Shown piece by piece: positions 62,284 through 64,000 of a stretch of 64,000 bases of DNA. The stretch's first letter is position 1. Every line of letters begins with the position of its first letter. Origin of the DNA: Adineta vaga. Its lineage: Eukaryota; Animalia; Rotifera. The DNA lies in NCBI GenBank assembly GCA_021613535.1, contig CP075494.1, forward strand, positions 868,001 through 932,000, written 5' to 3'. The position numbers and the translations under genes are program-made. The notes under the pieces were generated by a model. The model was not told the origin of the DNA, did not search any database, and saw only the letters and a list, made by a program, of their open reading frames with translations.

Positions 62284-64000
62284 ATCGAAGTTTTTTATTC
62301 CCACGACTGAAGGGAGGATGATACGAAAGAATTAAAATGGTTTATTTATTTGTTTGTTTGTGTCAGGTTAAAGGTCATAAAATTAGATTTTTTCAGAAAT
62401 CATAATAAAACTTGACCAAAGGGTAATCGAGGTCGAGGAACACGAATATGATGTTAGGTTTTCGAAACTTTTCCGGAATCTTTTCCCGTCGACTGAAAGG
62501 AAGGTATTGTGCCGGTAACAGTGACGAAAACATACAAACTCGTTTGTATATATGTCTGTCGCAGATCAAAGATCACGGCTTGCAATATGCACCGGATCGT
62601 GAAGTCTGATACGGGGGGAGGGTATCATTGACCCCTCAAGTTCTACCGTATAATGGTACCGATATGTCGTTTTGTACGTTAAAAATGTAAATGCAGTGCG
62701 ATGCAGAAAATGCAATTGTGAATCTAACGAGTGGAGAGTTTTGGTGAGATCGGTAAAAGTGACTGGTTTTGCTTTTGGTTCAGTCCTCCCTACTATATTC
62801 TGGACTACCTCTACGAAAGAGAAATATCTTTGAAAAGTCATTCCATAATGTTTTTCAAACGGACACGTCTAGCAAATGTTTTGCGCCTTATAGCTTTTCA
62901 TCGAAATGAAACTGATAAAAGATTAGAAACTAAATACAGTTGTTGCGCTTGAAATTGAACTATGAGAAAATGATAAATCGTTAAGGAAACCTGGGAACGA
63001 CAGGCCGTGAGTGGTCGACCGACCAGTCGTTTGTTGAAAAACGTTTTTTTAAACTAAAAGTCGAGTATGGATCCTAAACTGTTTTGGATGATTTTTCAAA
63101 ATAACTGAGTCGGTTTTGTTCACGCGATGAGTACGGTAGGATATTCATCTCTCAAAACAAAACAAAAAATAAAGACAGATAAATCAACTAAAACATATCA
63201 TGTGAACGTATATCTATGTACGGCAAGTGAATGAGTGACCTTGTGTTTTAATTGTAGTTCACGTTATGGTGGTCGCGAGAATAAGCTACGAATGGCAACG
63301 AATAGCCAAGAGATGCCAGCACGAGAAAGACGGACAAACGGCTAAACGTTGATGTTAGTGGCATGATTAATGTAATGCGTCGAAGTTTCTATGCTGTGAA
63401 TACTACCGAATGACTAAATCCAGAAGAAAAAGTATTTGCTAATAAGAAATTGAACGTTCGAGCCGTGGTTTGTTTCGAGTATGCCTTGTTCATAAAACTA
63501 TACACTTCCAAAGAAAAATCTTATAGGGTAAATAATGAATCAATTCCATTTTTAGTCCTTAAGTCGATGGTTAAGCGAGTCTGCCTCGACGAGCGTTATG
63601 TGTTATATATACGGTCATTATTAACTGAAATATAGCGACCTCTTGATGCGATATTTCCTTTTAACTAAATTTTGATTGAAAAATTGCTCTATGATTTCAA
63701 TAGAACAACACTTTTTAATTTAATTACCTTTCTTTAACTGAAAATTTTGAGGAATATTTCTAAGAAAAAATTTCAAGATATGTGGCGTCCTCCAATATAT
63801 TTTACTTGACGTTGATTCTATAAGTGATGTGTTTGAACACACATATCAATACAATAATTGCTTTATTAAAGTAAATTACATTATAATCCAAAGAGGATAG
63901 AAGAAGATTATAAGGTTGATTTGTGATCTGTTTATATATACAAAACTATATATCAGTTGTGCACGATAATTGAATGATCATTGTTAATTTTTCTGTAAAT

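Noticed and set aside
62400-63400. GC-richer stretch with exon-like minus-strand frames
   Set aside because: Multiple stops and no recognisable motif or termini, so it cannot be assigned.

Overview
AT-rich, intron-containing eukaryotic DNA. It is most consistent with a bdelloid rotifer: TGAGGG/TGTGGG telomeric repeats, endonuclease-less Athena-type Penelope-like RTs, expanded NHL/F-box-LRR/GPCR families and fungal-like genes. Positions 1-19.9 kb hold a host defence/stress gene cluster: a spliced defensin missed by the ORF track, CAP, EGF-LamG, a double sHSP, two GPCRs, a fungal-like FAD oxidase, Kunitz, F-box/LRR and NHL genes. Positions 19.9-55 kb are a transposon nest with an intact mariner, two piggyBacs, many MITEs/foldbacks, a Helentron-like element and decayed Athena/Terminon retroelements. 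The main hidden structure is non-coding. Five complete or near-complete hammerhead ribozyme folds (one with a mutated core) and two half copies are each followed by reverse-complement telomeric repeats and mark Athena 3' ends. They define two telomere-type retroelement chains that meet head-to-head at about 28.4-28.75 kb inside gene-containing DNA. About 15 short interstitial telomeric tracts share a register (often CATCT|TGAGGG...GGTGAG), and several occur as convergent pairs. My inference is that these are fossil double-strand-break scars healed by telomerase and/or Athena RT and then re-ligated, which also predicts the telomerase RNA template.
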